Shown: one piece after another, positions 51,201 to 64,000 of the stretch
Position numbering within the stretch: the first letter of the stretch is position 1
Layout: each line of letters opens with the position of its first letter
Assembly (NCBI RefSeq): GCF_964204865.1
Contig: NC_135263.1
Location: forward strand, 8,804,001-8,868,000
Source: Styela clava
Taxonomy: Eukaryota
Reading direction: 5' to 3'
DNA length: 64,000 nucleotides
Notes under the pieces: model-generated
The model's database searches: none
Told to the model about the DNA's origin: nothing
Seen by the model: the letters and a program-made list of their open reading frames with translations, nothing else
Translations under genes and position numbers: made by a program

Positions 51201-54200
51201 AACAAGCAAGAAAAATATTAAATAACACTTAATTTTGCAATGCCAAAAAAAAAAAGATGTCATAATATGGAAGCTCAATGCCGCAACACAAAAATCTGTA
51301 AGCATAATATGCTTTGAAAGCTTGATGATAACTAAATCCATGAATGTAACTGAAGAACAACATTAAGATATTGTACAAATGAAGTCATAATTAAAAGCGG
51401 GATGTCATAAAATAATGACAATTGACATATGGAACAAACAAATAATTCTATCAGAAAGGGTTGTAAACACCAGTCTAACAATTAAATATACAGAGTGTTC
51501 ATAACGCTCTTGTTACAATTTCAATTTCGCTTTGAAGTCAGTTCTCAATAGCCCGGTTTGTTTTTTGTAATCAGTGTTTTTTCAAGTTTTTTTACATTCA
51601 TTTATTACACTTGTTGGAGTATAAGGTATCGATAAATTTAATTTGCAATTTGAAAAGCCCTCATAAACACCGTGTAGTACCTGTACTGTTAGTCTACCTG
51701 AGTGAAAATATAAGTAATAATCACCAATGAATCATCCAATTGTTCTTGATCTTGACGTCTTGCTTTCTTATTCGCAGTTGAAGGAGAATCAAGAAATGTG
51801 TCACTTCGACATCGAAACAACTGAAATTTTTTTGTAATTTAGATTGTTAATTTCACCGAGGCATGCTTATGTTACCCTCATCAATATACTTTAAATATAA
51901 AGAGTTAGAAGTTAGAGTTCGGACCTCATGCTTGCCGCTTCATCCAGTATGTAATAAATTTTGTAAGCTATACAAAATATTTGTTCAGAAAGTTATTCGG
52001 AGTAAAGAGAATAAATTATATTTCATTAATTACTCACGTTATCATTTGAAAACATATCATCAGACAGCAAGTCGAGGCTACGTCGTCTTGACGTTGACGT
52101 GTCCTGGAAAATATAACAATAATAATAGCCCTATAAATTCCCTTTTAAGAATGCAGTGAGATTGGCTTCTACAAAAAATTATGAAAGTTTTAATACTTTG
52201 CAGTTGTCGTATTATACTGAAATTTATCATTTATGTATCCAGTGGTTTCCATTTTTTTTTCAATTATTCCCCCCCCCCCCCCGAATCATGAATTTTGTCG
52301 ATTATAATAGATATAGGCCTACCTCTTCAGCACTGGTCGAAGGTTCCGATATCAAAGTAGAATGTCTGAATCCTGATGCTCTTGAATCACTATGTAATTG
52401 TCTGATTTGTCTTTCAGCAAATTGAAGTTGAGCAGACAGTCTTTGATTCTAGGGAAGATATTATTAAAAAGGTCAAGTCTTTGTTAGAGAAAGTTAAAAA
52501 CACCACAATCAAAAAATAAAATAGCATTTTTAGAAGAGGAAAGCAGTACTTCTGAAATTTTTGTAAAAATCCCTCCCTTTGCTCCAGTGTTCACTATTAG
52601 CGCACTTTTTTGCGAAAAGTGCGAAGCACTTTCGCAACTTTTTTTAGGGACTGCGAAATAGCACTTTTTTTCGATTTTGAAGAGAAATAGCACTTTTTTC
52701 TGATTTTGAAAGGAAAAAAATTCAAAATTGAAAAATATGTTCATGTGAGTCTTAAGTTGTCAAATAAGTAACATACCAGTACTTTTGTAACTCAATTCTG
52801 CATATCATAACGATATTTACCGGAATTCTAACCTATGAGATGCAGACATAGAAGATAAAGCTTTTGCATTAACCGCAAAATTCTTGTTAATAATATGATT
52901 ATTATACAAGCACGCTTATTCCGCTTCTCCCGCAAAACGCTCCAACGGCGTCGCGGTGAGTTTCTTTGAACGAGAGTGTGGTCATGTGACATCCACGAAT
53001 TGCCACAAAATGAAACGATGGTGCAAGTTTGACGGGCCTTTGTTCCCTTCTTATAAGATTTTACTAGATTTAGAAAGTTCTGAAACCCGACACGACATTA
53101 TTTAGTAATATAATGTACGCTTATGCAATTATTTTTTAATTAGAAGAAACTTTGCAAAATCATCAAATTCACAAAACACATATCATATGCCTTATTAACA
53201 GCCATTGCATTGTAACCAGGAATGTTAAAAGCACATGGCATTTTTCGGAATTTTGCGACATTGCATCCATTTCTCATTGATATGCGAGGTTATGATATTA
53301 ATGTCCAGAATATTTGTGACCGTAACACAATTAAAACCGACAGACTTTTGTCATTACGATATCTTATCTTTATTATTTAGCGCTGATAATGATAAATAAG
53401 AATGTGTAATTGTAATTGTTGATGGCAATTCCGGAGGCGTATTTTTCTTTCTGCAAATAAATTACAGGTATGCAAGTACTTTCAAGTGCTGGGCAAAGTC
53501 CTACAAGTTTTCGCAGTCGGTACCTCGGGGGCCGAACGAGGGTTTTCTTCAATAAACATAATTAAGACGAAACACAGGTAAAAAATATTGTAACAATTTT
53601 GAAAGTATGAGAATTTGAGAAAACTTCTTACTTATTTAGAAAAGAGGACTATATTTGATATTGATGAATACCACTTTTGTAGGAATAGGCTTAGCAGCAG
53701 ACACCTAACAATGCTTCTGAGATGTGGCGGGAGACATCCATAAAAGCAGACAAAGCGGAATCATTCTTCATGGATGTCTTGCAACATTGGAAAGATTCCA
53801 AGCTACGTCGCCACGAACGGGCTGCAGAAGCCACGCCATCCATTTTTATTCGTTGGCTTTTGTATTTTTATTTGTGAATAAAACAAATGTGTGAACTGTG
53901 CAATTTTGTTACTTGATATCGAAGCCTTGTAACTTTCTCTCGTTGAAAACAAGGGTTGACCCCCGGGATATTTGGTGCGCCACTCATGCAAAATGTATGT
54001 TATGATATGAGAAAAATACCGTCGTTACTTTTTAAATAACAAATGGATAATTATCCGATTGGTTCTGACTCCGCCTGCAAATCCTTTTATGCACAGACCT
54101 CATGTGGAAACACCATGTAACAGTTATCTGAAACGGCGAAACATTAATGTAATCCTAAGGCGAAGTTTGGTATCGATCTATGGCCGGCAGTAACACGAAT

Positions 54201-57200
54201 GTGCAATGCTTTGCTGGTCATTCGAGCAATTGGCTCCGGTGGTTGATTACAGAAAAGTTTCGTTCACGACAGGTGTGCTAAGCAGGTGTCCTTTCGTTAG
54301 TGATGAATTTGCTTCAAATCACAACAGGTGTTCGCGACAGGTGTGCTTAGCAGGTGTCTTTCCTTGCCGATGAATTTTCTTTTTTTAATCAAGTTTTAAA
54401 GGAACAGAGAGACTCTTTTTAATTCGTGAAATTCACAGAATGAGCGCTGTTTCCAGTATTTATGTCTAAAATGAGTTATAACAAAAGCTAGGGCACCTAA
54501 CTTGTTAAAATCGAAAAAAGCACTTTGTTGTTAAAATCGAAAAAAAGCACTTTCGCACTTTTTTTTTCGACTGCGAAGCACTTTCGCACTCATAATCTCC
54601 TTAGAGTTAACACTGCTTTGCTCCTAATAGAACCTTTTTTTTTCCTCCCTCACTATGCATAAAAACTTCTTAATTTGGTTAATTTTTAAGGGGCCTTTGG
54701 CTAGTATTATGCAGAAGTCACACTCCAGCTTGTATACTGTATAAGTAGTTCATAACGCGTCATAAAGGGGTATTATAGTGATAATACAGAATACTAGTAG
54801 TACTACAGCAAATACAAAGCAAAATTCTTCCATAAGAATGATTTCTCGCCCGTTGCGAAACGTGGAAGTAAAGCAATAATTTGACAAAGATATTGAATTT
54901 GAGAAATCACGATTTAAAACATTACATAAAATAAAAGCACTGCGATACATTATGTTCAACCTAGTTGGGATTTCACAATTATTGTAACCGAAATTTCCTC
55001 CAAACAAAAATGTATTAATAGTTCCCACCTCAGCAGATAACTGTCTGATTTTTTTTTCTTCTTCAATTTTTTGAACATTAAGTTGTGAACTATTGTTAGT
55101 CAGCATATCATTCTTTATTTTCAAAGTACGAACTGCCTCTTGCAAATCCAAGTTTTCCTCTCGTACCTACAATAAAAAAAATTTGTGTGGCTAACAAAAG
55201 TCTCCAATCTATTTTAATATAATTATAATAAAAAGCATGGTAATCAGTAATTCATAAATTCTTTTTGAGAGAAAGCAAGATTACTCAAACTAACTTAAAA
55301 ATATGGAAGACTCATTTCCTGGCAAGATTACAAGCAACAGTGCTCCAGAAGTGTGTGTACCAATATGGAGGTAACTAATTTTCTTCGCCTTTTTTACATC
55401 AAGTGTTGGAGGTAACTAATTTTCTTCGCCTTTTTTACATCAAGTGTGTATAGTGGGAAAGCCTATGGGCAAGGGGGAGTATATTCACTTGGCTAACACA
55501 AACAGTCCCCGAACTCGTAATAGAACTGAATTTACGATAATCAGAATAAAATTATGGCCTAACCCTAACCTGGAACACATACTACGAGAGTATCCAAGCA
55601 ACTACTAGAAAGCTACAAAAATTTGATCGATTAATGGGGGGCATTACACACAAACAGTTGTCAATTGACAAAGCACTTAAATCAGTTCAAATAGTTGTGA
55701 GATAGTGAATTACGGATGACTTTAGTTCTTAGAATTTTTCTTGTCATTTTGAGACAGTATGAGAGCTCACAGCCATTCAAGTACAACAGGTTACATAATA
55801 ATAATATTAAGGGACACAGCAAGGCAATTTGTCAACTTTTGTACATTTTTTATTTTCTATTACCTGATCCAAACTGTTGACAGTTTCGTTAAGTTGAATA
55901 CGTTTCTCATTATACATTGCAGCGATATTATCGTATTTATTAGTTTGTTCATCTGCACGAGTTTGCCAATCTTTCAAATCCTGTTCCAGTTTGAGAATCC
56001 TAAAATAAATCGAAAAATTACCAATGACTATATTTATGAATAACATTACATTATTCACCAAATTAGAATAAAGTTCTAAAGTAGTGTGTACCGAACATAA
56101 TTGGTGGCACCCGTCAAAAGACTCTTTCTAAAAATATACCTAGCTTTGCTTTTAATGGGATTCCATAAGTTATTTTAACAACCAAGTTTAATGATTTGAA
56201 GCCAACAAACGAAATCAAAAGAATAAAAGCATTGCAGTCAAAAAATTAAACAAATCAAAGTCAATTTAATTTTACCAAGTCATCGCGAATAGTATTTAGC
56301 TCAGACCTTCGCTCACGGGCTCATAAGAACCCATGTTTGACCCCCTAGGGAGCCCGAAGCTCCAGTATTTTGGTTGGTACACGAGTGGTGATCCAATACC
56401 CACCAGTGTTGAGGAGACATAAGTTATAGACTCAACTTGAGTAAGCCTCGAGTCTTCCAAAAACTTGGGAGTGACGTGGAGTAATAAATTAAATTTTGCC
56501 ATACTATATTAGTTATCCATGTATGGGTTGTTTGTTTCAGCTTTGTTCGGAGCGAAGAAATGGAACACTTCACAAAAATTGCTTTATTTATATGTAATGT
56601 TACTAAAGATACACAAGATGTCCCACAACCTTTTATATATAGAAATAATCAAACCTTTCTTGCTTTCCTCTGTATTTTTCTGTAAATTGAGATCGGATTG
56701 CTTTCAATTTTTCCTCTGCATTTGTTTTTTGTTCTTGTGCTTCAGTGAAAGAAGTTTGCAAATCCAATTTTTCTTTGGTAATTCTGGAAAAGTACATGGG
56801 TAACGGCCTAGTTTAAATACCAGCAATTGTATTATATTTGTATTACAATTGTATTATACATATTTTTTCGCCAATAATTTTGCGAATTAATAGATTAATG
56901 GATAATACATAACAGGTTAATTAAAATAGCTGAAGCAGCAATCACACGTGCAGAAGCAAAAAAATGTCAGTTTCTTCAAAATAAAGTCCTTGCTTATCAG
57001 AGGATTTAATTTTAATAACAATGTAATTCAATTAGTGTCTTCGACATATTTCATACACAGCTTTTACCTGTTCAAATTTTCCTCCACAGATTTGAGTTGT
57101 CCTTCTAACTCTAGGCTCCTCGTTTCAAATTGTTTATATTTATTTTCATAAAATATTTTGTCATCAGTCACAAGCTTCAACTAATAAAGAAATAGAAGAT

Positions 57201-60200
57201 GTTGAGTTGAGTCAAAACGTCTACAACAGTAAATTATTTAATTATATGAAATTGATTTTGTCTGTTGAACTATAACTAGGTAAAAGTACTAAGATGCTAG
57301 AAAAAAATGAAATGTTTCTGATTTAGTGAGATGCCGCAAATTCTGTAAAATATAATAAAAATCTGTTCCAAAAAAACATCCATACGTTTTATGTTTTTAA
57401 AAATTTTCTTTAATTTCAGTATATATTCTAACAGTTTGAATTATTAACCCCCTATTTCCCCCCTCACAATTAAATCTTAGATCTTGGCAGTTGTCTTCAA
57501 AATGAGTCTCCTTACATATTTGTTTAATAATATTAAGGCTACTCACAGAACTTCTTGCTTCTGAAAGTTCGTTCTCTATTCCAAGGACTTCTGAAAAAGA
57601 AAAACATAAGTCAGTAGGTAGAAAACCCAGTAAAATATACAATACCGTACATCCTGTTTATTAACTTCCATTTATCGGTATATAAATGAAATTTTTAAGT
57701 AAAAATAAAACTGACAAGTGTAAAAAAATGCTAATTTTTTGATACAATTATGTCAATTACCTTTCTTTAGTCTTCCTTCTAGTGCTGAGTATCTATCTTT
57801 TTCCATTTCTAACATTTTTAAAGTTTTATCAGTAGTATCTTGAGATTTAGTAATTTCATCAAGATGACTTTGAGACATTTCATCCAGATTCTGGTATATA
57901 TCATATAAAAAAACATTTCAGCACAGTAATGGCCAAAAAAATAATTTAATATGCTGAATAATACTCTGTAATAGGAACATTGCACAAATAATTGTATTGA
58001 TACTTCATGTTGAAAAATGTAGAATAGTTACAATGAACATTGTTTTGTTTATTTACATATTCAGAAATTAAAGAAAGTCTGTTTTCTGTCTGATGTTCAA
58101 ATTAGTCAAATTCATAAAATGTAAAATTTTGAGATAAAACTATTCCAAATAATTCCTAAAACCAAGAATGCACAGTATCAAAATGAATATTCAATTTTTT
58201 CAAGTTTCAAACTAAAAATACATTGTTTGAAATATTCAATATTAAATTCATTCAAGTGTTTTAACCTAAGTTTCATAAAAAAATGTGATACTATTACTAA
58301 AAATAACAGCGCATGCCACAAAATATATGACTTTTTAATAAGAATAAATTCAGATATATTTAAAAAAAAACTAAGCTATATGAATAACATCAAAAGGGTG
58401 AAGCCAATGAAGATGGAAATGGTTTTAATGAAGAGCCTAAGCCATCTGAAAATAATAATTGACATATTGTTCAAGTTGAAACAGAATATCACAACATACC
58501 TTTTGCAAAGTTTCATTTTCAACTTTCGAGTAATCAGATGCTTGTATCAACTCTTCAATCTCCGTTTGATATTTGATTATTTTCTTATCGTCAAGAAATT
58601 TGGCTGATTTCAAATCTTCTATAACAGATTCTAATTCATTCAACTTTTCATCTTTTTCAGTTTCTAGAACTTTCATCTTTTTCTGTAAAGATTCAACCAG
58701 GATGCGATGATTCTCCAACATCTCTTGCATTTCTTTATCAGCAGTATCTTCAGAAGAATCCTTTTCTTCTCTCAAAGATGACAACTCTTCCTTAAGAGAT
58801 TCAATTTCTTTTTCCATTCGTGACATTGCGGACAATTTCTCCTCCTGTTGTTTTTTAGATTCATTTTCTAATGACTCACATTTTTCTTTGCTCAAGGAAA
58901 GATTCTCTTCTAAAATTAGATTTTCCGATTCCAATTTATCGAGACGTTCTCGTTGTATATTTTCATATGTTTCAACTTCAGATTTGACACGAATAAGATC
59001 TGCGACAGTTTCTTCGCGAGCTGCTGAATCCATTTCCATCTGTTTTTGCAGATTTTCAATTTCATCTTCCAAGTCTTTGATCTGAGAAAGGTTTTCTTTA
59101 TCTTTACAACTCAATACGTCATTTTCTGTTTCTTTCATTTTCAAATTATCCAAAACAGAATTATGTTCAACTTGATGCTCTGATATTATATCAGCAATTT
59201 TAATTTCCAAGAATTCTTTTTTCAAGACAATCTTTGAATTCTCTTCTTGCATCTTTTTAAGTTCTTTACATTTCTCCTGGAATTTAGATTCAAGAGAATC
59301 AATTTCTTCTTGTAATATAACTTTCTCTTTGTTCAACTTATCCTCCCACATAAGAGTTTCAGTCTCCATTTTCTTTTGCATTGTTTCTTCTAACTCGTGA
59401 AATTTCTTTATATTTTTGTCTTCTTTATATTTGGATTCCTCCTGTAGTCTTAACAACATCTCATCTCTAGAGGAAACTTCCTCCAAGTGTGATACCTTTC
59501 CTCCTTCTAGAGCTAGAATCTTCTTCTGAGCAACTTCAAGATCATCATGGATTCTCTTATTCTCATCCTGAGAATCTTTAATTCTGTTTTCCATTACTTC
59601 ATTAGCTTCCTCCAACATCTTCTGTAATTCATCAATTCTTCCCTGATGATTCTCCACTGACAATTCAGAATTTTCCAGGTTGGACCGCATCAATTCAAGT
59701 GATACTGCATCCTTTCGCAATTTTGCTTGAAGAATATTATTTTCCTCCCGGATCGTCTGTTCAGAAATCTTAAGATCCTCTAGCTGTTTCTCAACTGAAT
59801 TAATCGCATTCGTAAACTCCGTATTTTTCTGGAGTAAATCATTATTTTCTTCTTTATACTCATTTTCTCGGACTTGACTCTTTTCAAGTTCATCTTGAAT
59901 CAATTTCAACGCATCAGTCTTCTGTTGTAAGTTATCCTGAAGATTGACAATTTCCTCATTTTCCATTTTATCTAATTTCATCTTAACTTCTTCCAATTCT
60001 GTTTGTGTTTTTTCAAGAACGTTACACGATTTTTCAAGATCACAAGTCAGTGATGAATTCTTCTCTCGTAGGGACTCCATTTCAATATTTGACGTTTCTT
60101 GAAAACTGGTGAATTGCGATTTTCCAGATTCTAAATCAGACTTTATTTCCAGAATAGCTTTTTCATATTCGGAAATATCACTTTTCAAAATATTAATTTC

Positions 60201-63200
60201 ATTATTTTTGGCAAAAATATCATTCGAAAACATTTCAGATTTATTGTTCAAATCAGCTTCTAGTTCTGAAATCTTCCTTATTTTTTCCTCAACAATATCC
60301 TTAAGTTCTTGTAGATGAGCATCCTGTACCTTCTTCTTCAACATGTTTTCATCTTCATGATTGACAAGCAATTCATTTAAAGCTTCTTCCGTTCTTTTCG
60401 CATTCCTCTCACTTTTTTCCAACTGGGATATTTTGTCATCTAAATTGGTTCTCAATAATGAAGATTCTCTAGCATATTCCTCTTGAGCGTCTGACAATTT
60501 CTGCTTTAGTTTTGCAATCTCAGAATCCTTTTTGATATTACTTTTTATTGCCTCCTCGATTTTCTCTTCAGATTCCTGTAATTTCTCCTGCATTCTCGAT
60601 GATTTGTCTTCAAATTTACACGACTGATCTTTGATTGTGTCATCTCGAGAACGAAGTTCATTTTCCAACACAGAGATTCTCTTCTCTTTACCCAGAATCT
60701 CATTATTAAGATGACTGAACTCATCTTTCATCTTCGTCATTTCTAAGACATGATTTTTATCCGCATCCTCCAGTGCTTTTTTCAGTTTGGAATGAGAGGT
60801 TTCCTGAATTTCAAAAGAGGCTTGAGAATCCTTCAATTTCTCTTCTAAACAAACATTATCATTCATCAATTCTTCTACTTTTTCTTCCAACTGATTTGTA
60901 GCATTACAGCACTCAGTTAAACCATTATTTGCTTCTTTTAACATATTCTCCACTTCCTCAAGCTGTTTTTTAAATTCATCAGATTCATTCGTCAAAGTGA
61001 GAATCATTTCTTCATCAGATGTTTTCTTTTCCTGCAACTTAACGATTTCTTCTTCCTTCATCTCAAGATTCTCCTGATTTTTAGATCTTGAATCATTCAA
61101 CTTAATATGCAGAATCTTACACGATTCTTCTAATTCTGCACAAGCTGAATGATACCTCTTCACTTCATCTTTGAGAGAATCTACTTCTTGATTTGATACT
61201 GCAAGAGACTGATTATTCATAAGAATTTCTTTCCTTAGATTTTGATTCTCTTCCAATGAAGATTCTTTCTCGTGTTGTAAAATTTTCAGTTGTTCCTCTA
61301 GTTTTGAAATCTGACGCTGATCACTAGTCATCATCTTTTCCAGAGAATGAAATCGATTCTCCGAATCTTTTTTCATCTCAGCAAGTTCAGAATCTTTCTC
61401 AGCAAGAGCAGATTCAAGAGTACGACATTGCTGTTCAAAAGTGGTAATTTTTTGACTGGAATCACTTAGTCTTCTTACATGACTTTCAAGCACAATCGCC
61501 TAAAAAGAGTAAATTGAATTAAACTCGAATTTTAACTCCAACAAATATTGAGATTGTTATGGATTGCTTTAACACATTCACTCTGAATAAGGAAGGCTCC
61601 AGACAAGCAACGACTAATACATCAAAAGTTACCATTTTTGAAAGGACCAAAATCTTTCTGAGTAGGTGATGCTCACCCAAGTTATTCCACTTAAGGTGTG
61701 GTGATAGGTTGCAAGACAAACATAGTTAGGTCCGATGTCATTTCACTCACTACATAGATAGCACATATGATTAATTTTTAGTCTCACTTCGAAAGTTACT
61801 TCTTATTCGAGGTAAAAATAGAAAAATTTACGTTCAATATCCTGTAATATATAAGGAAACAAACTATTTACTTTGTTTTCATTTTCAGTCTTGCTTAAAT
61901 TTAACTTGACTTGTAGTTTCGATAAGTTCGTGTTTGATTCTCTCACTTCGGTTTCAAGATCTTTGATTCGATTCCTCAAAGACTCTGGGAATAAAAAAAA
62001 ACAGTATTTTTCATAAATTAATATACTGGGTGACCCAAAAAACAGAACCATGGCCATTTAAAAAATTTTCTAGAGAGAATTCAACTTTTTTGTAAAGCGT
62101 CCTAGATTTCTAAATCTTTTGGGTACAATCATACATAAATAAATTTTATTTATTTTCGTAGAAGAAGAAATTTATGGATTCTGTTTTTATGAGCTAACCT
62201 ATATTTGGTTTATAAATAAACTTGAGTATGTTACCTTTGTCTCCTGTGAGGGCATCCGATTTTACTCTCAATACTTCACTTGCTGATTCTGAATTTTTCA
62301 GCTTTTGATTCGCCGAAGCTAATTTTTTCATTGATTCCATGATTTCGCCTGTTTTTCCAGTCAATTCTTGTTGTAGTTGACAAATTTCCTCATCCAGTGC
62401 TAATTTTTCACTATTCACTGATTGCAATTTTGTCTAAAAAAATTTGGAAATAAAAACTTTTCATAAACGAGATTCAATAAAATGAACAAAACACAAAAAG
62501 AGAAATGATCATTAGAGGCACTGAAAAATATCAAGGGTTACCTGATACTGTCCCATGGTTTCCTTCGTTGCATCCAAATCAGACTGGATTTTTGCAGCAA
62601 TATCTGGTTTCATCCAGTTTTCCTCCATCTCTTTAATAGTCTCTTGTAATTCCAACACCTAACCGCACAAATTTTCTCAATTTTAAACAGGATCAGGCAG
62701 TGTATTACTTTCATCAATACTTATCTCTATTATTTTGAATACGCTATAAGATTCTCAAATACGGTAAACAGTAATTTTTACCAAGCATGAGATGAGGACG
62801 AATATTGTTTATCAGATATAATTACAAATTGGATCAAACGTAAAGAAATTTATGAAATGTTGAAAAATTCCATTTACCCGATGCTCCATAAATATTCCCA
62901 TCGATTCTCCTTCATTTTCAACGCATGATGAATCTAGAATTAAAAAAAATTCTTGCCTTACCAAATATAACCTCATAGTTTTGGTCGCTCTTAGAAAAAA
63001 ATTAGAAACTAAAAACAGAAAGTTATTCAAGGAATACCATACCTTTATTTTCGATGATTTCAACATAATCACAAATTCTTGATTCATAATGTTCCTTCTG
63101 TTCAATGTTTTGTGATTTTAATTTATGAAGTTGAGTCATAAGATGTGATATTTCCTGCTCCTAAAACAGAAAAAAAAATAAATATTGCACCAAATTGATA

Positions 63201-63753
63201 CAAAGTTAAAGTGTAAATGATTATAAACCTGAACAGTATATCTCTCTTGCAAACTTTTGTAAGATTCTTCTAGTTCTCTCATTTCTTCCTTTTCTTCTGT
63301 GACTTCAAATTGATTGGATTTTAGAACTTTAATCTGGTGTTAAAATATGAAAAAGCAAAATCATTGACTTGATGAGTTGCGATTAACACTACATTGGTAA
63401 CAGGATATCCCATATAAATGCAAATAAAAAATTTCAGAAAACAACGATTATCCAAACCTGCTTAGAAAGTTCCTCATTCTGTTTTGTTAAATTGTCCAAA
63501 TCTCTTTTTAAGTCTTTACTATCGTAAGAAGAACTGTCATATTTCTCCAGACGATGCTTCAGTCTGGATTATAAATGGAAAAAGGTTATAAATAGAATTG
63601 AATCAAGTATTTTATAAGATTAAAAATGATCTTACTTTGAGTTTTCTTTCTCTAAAGCATCTCTTTCCAATCTAATATTATGCAGTTCGTCGATTTCATC
63701 AAATAATTGTTGTTTTTCAACAGAACATCGAGACATTTCTCGAACTTTACGTT
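45284..63753 (-). CDS. NUMA1: NuMA-like nuclear mitotic apparatus protein, 5'-partial (continues beyond the window)
   Basis: Many phase-compatible coiled-coil exons, including a 3000-nt exon 61499-58500. KSLSAQLQFAERQIRQL resembles NuMA RSLEAQVAHADQQLRDL. The exon at about 48601-48476 encodes FQTEEEPEDYDFGSLTRLAELQRRNAATLPHLKSSYPIE, resembling NuMA CQDEPEQLDDWNRIAELQQRNRVCPPHLKTCYPLE. The tail is basic and TP-rich; the last exon reads MDRVKRPLGRFNSKK*. Confidence 0.85.
52585..54615. mobile_element. hAT element (2031 bp) in a NuMA intron, with decayed coding remnants
   Basis: TIR CAGTGTTCACT ... AGTTAACACTG, perfect 8-bp TSD CTTTGCTC, and GCACTTT / GCGAAGCACTTTCGC subterminal repeats at both ends. 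Minus-strand fragments EWRTKYP and AWNLSNVARH are reminiscent of a transposase zinc finger. Confidence 0.88.
55367..55447. repeat. Local tandem duplication of about 41 bp
   Basis: TGGAGGTAACTAATTTTCTTCGCC(T)nACATCAAGTGT occurs twice in direct succession. Confidence 0.85.
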
Positions 63754-64000
63754 CTGGAAGGAAAATAGAAAAAACAGTTGATAGCAGTTAATTCCAAAAT
63801 ATATGTAAACGAAGACTGTACTGTCTCGATCATACTAAGAAAAACTTAGATAATAGAGCAATTTTCAAAAAAATCATGAATCCAGTATTTGGAGACGACA
63901 GCAACAAAAATTTTTCAGGTTCGTTTGGTGTCCAGTAAAGTAACCCCTTCTTTAGAATTTGATTATAAATTTATAACATGAAATTTTATAAAATATCACT

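Noticed and set aside
24337-60318. Short ORFs such as 24337-24630, 42647-42874, 58888-59085, 60109-60318 and 35995-36597
   Set aside because: Antisense shadows of real CDSs or intron read-through of single exons. Most other 60-120 aa ORFs in the track look like AT-rich noise.
10502-63753. Spindle/centrosome gene cluster (G-gamma, CETN3, NuMA)
   Set aside because: The genes are far apart and interleaved with unrelated ones; nothing in the sequence supports co-regulation.

Overview
AT-rich eukaryotic genomic DNA with canonical GT-AG introns. It is probably a compact invertebrate chordate genome such as an ascidian; this is an inference from gene architecture and MITE types, and the species cannot be identified from this window. 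Seven protein-coding genes are supported. PEX3 (+) and SUGCT (+) have intronless CDSs and are arranged like a trans-spliced operon. A two-exon G-protein gamma subunit gene (-) is missed by the ORF track. CETN3 (-, intronless CDS) is head-to-head with a roughly 31-exon RPTOR (+). RPF2 (-) is intronless, and a NuMA-like gene (-) runs off the right end. Introns and intergenic DNA hold many DNA transposons and MITEs (hAT with 8-bp TSDs, one nested; a 9-bp-TSD MULE-like MITE; a TTAA piggyBac-like MITE). I found no CRISPR array, rRNA, tRNA or prokaryotic-type system, and no clearly new biological system. The best leads are the putative PEX3-SUGCT operon, the hidden and probably farnesylated G-gamma, two tandem RPTOR microexons and a candidate divergent spliced non-coding transcript.
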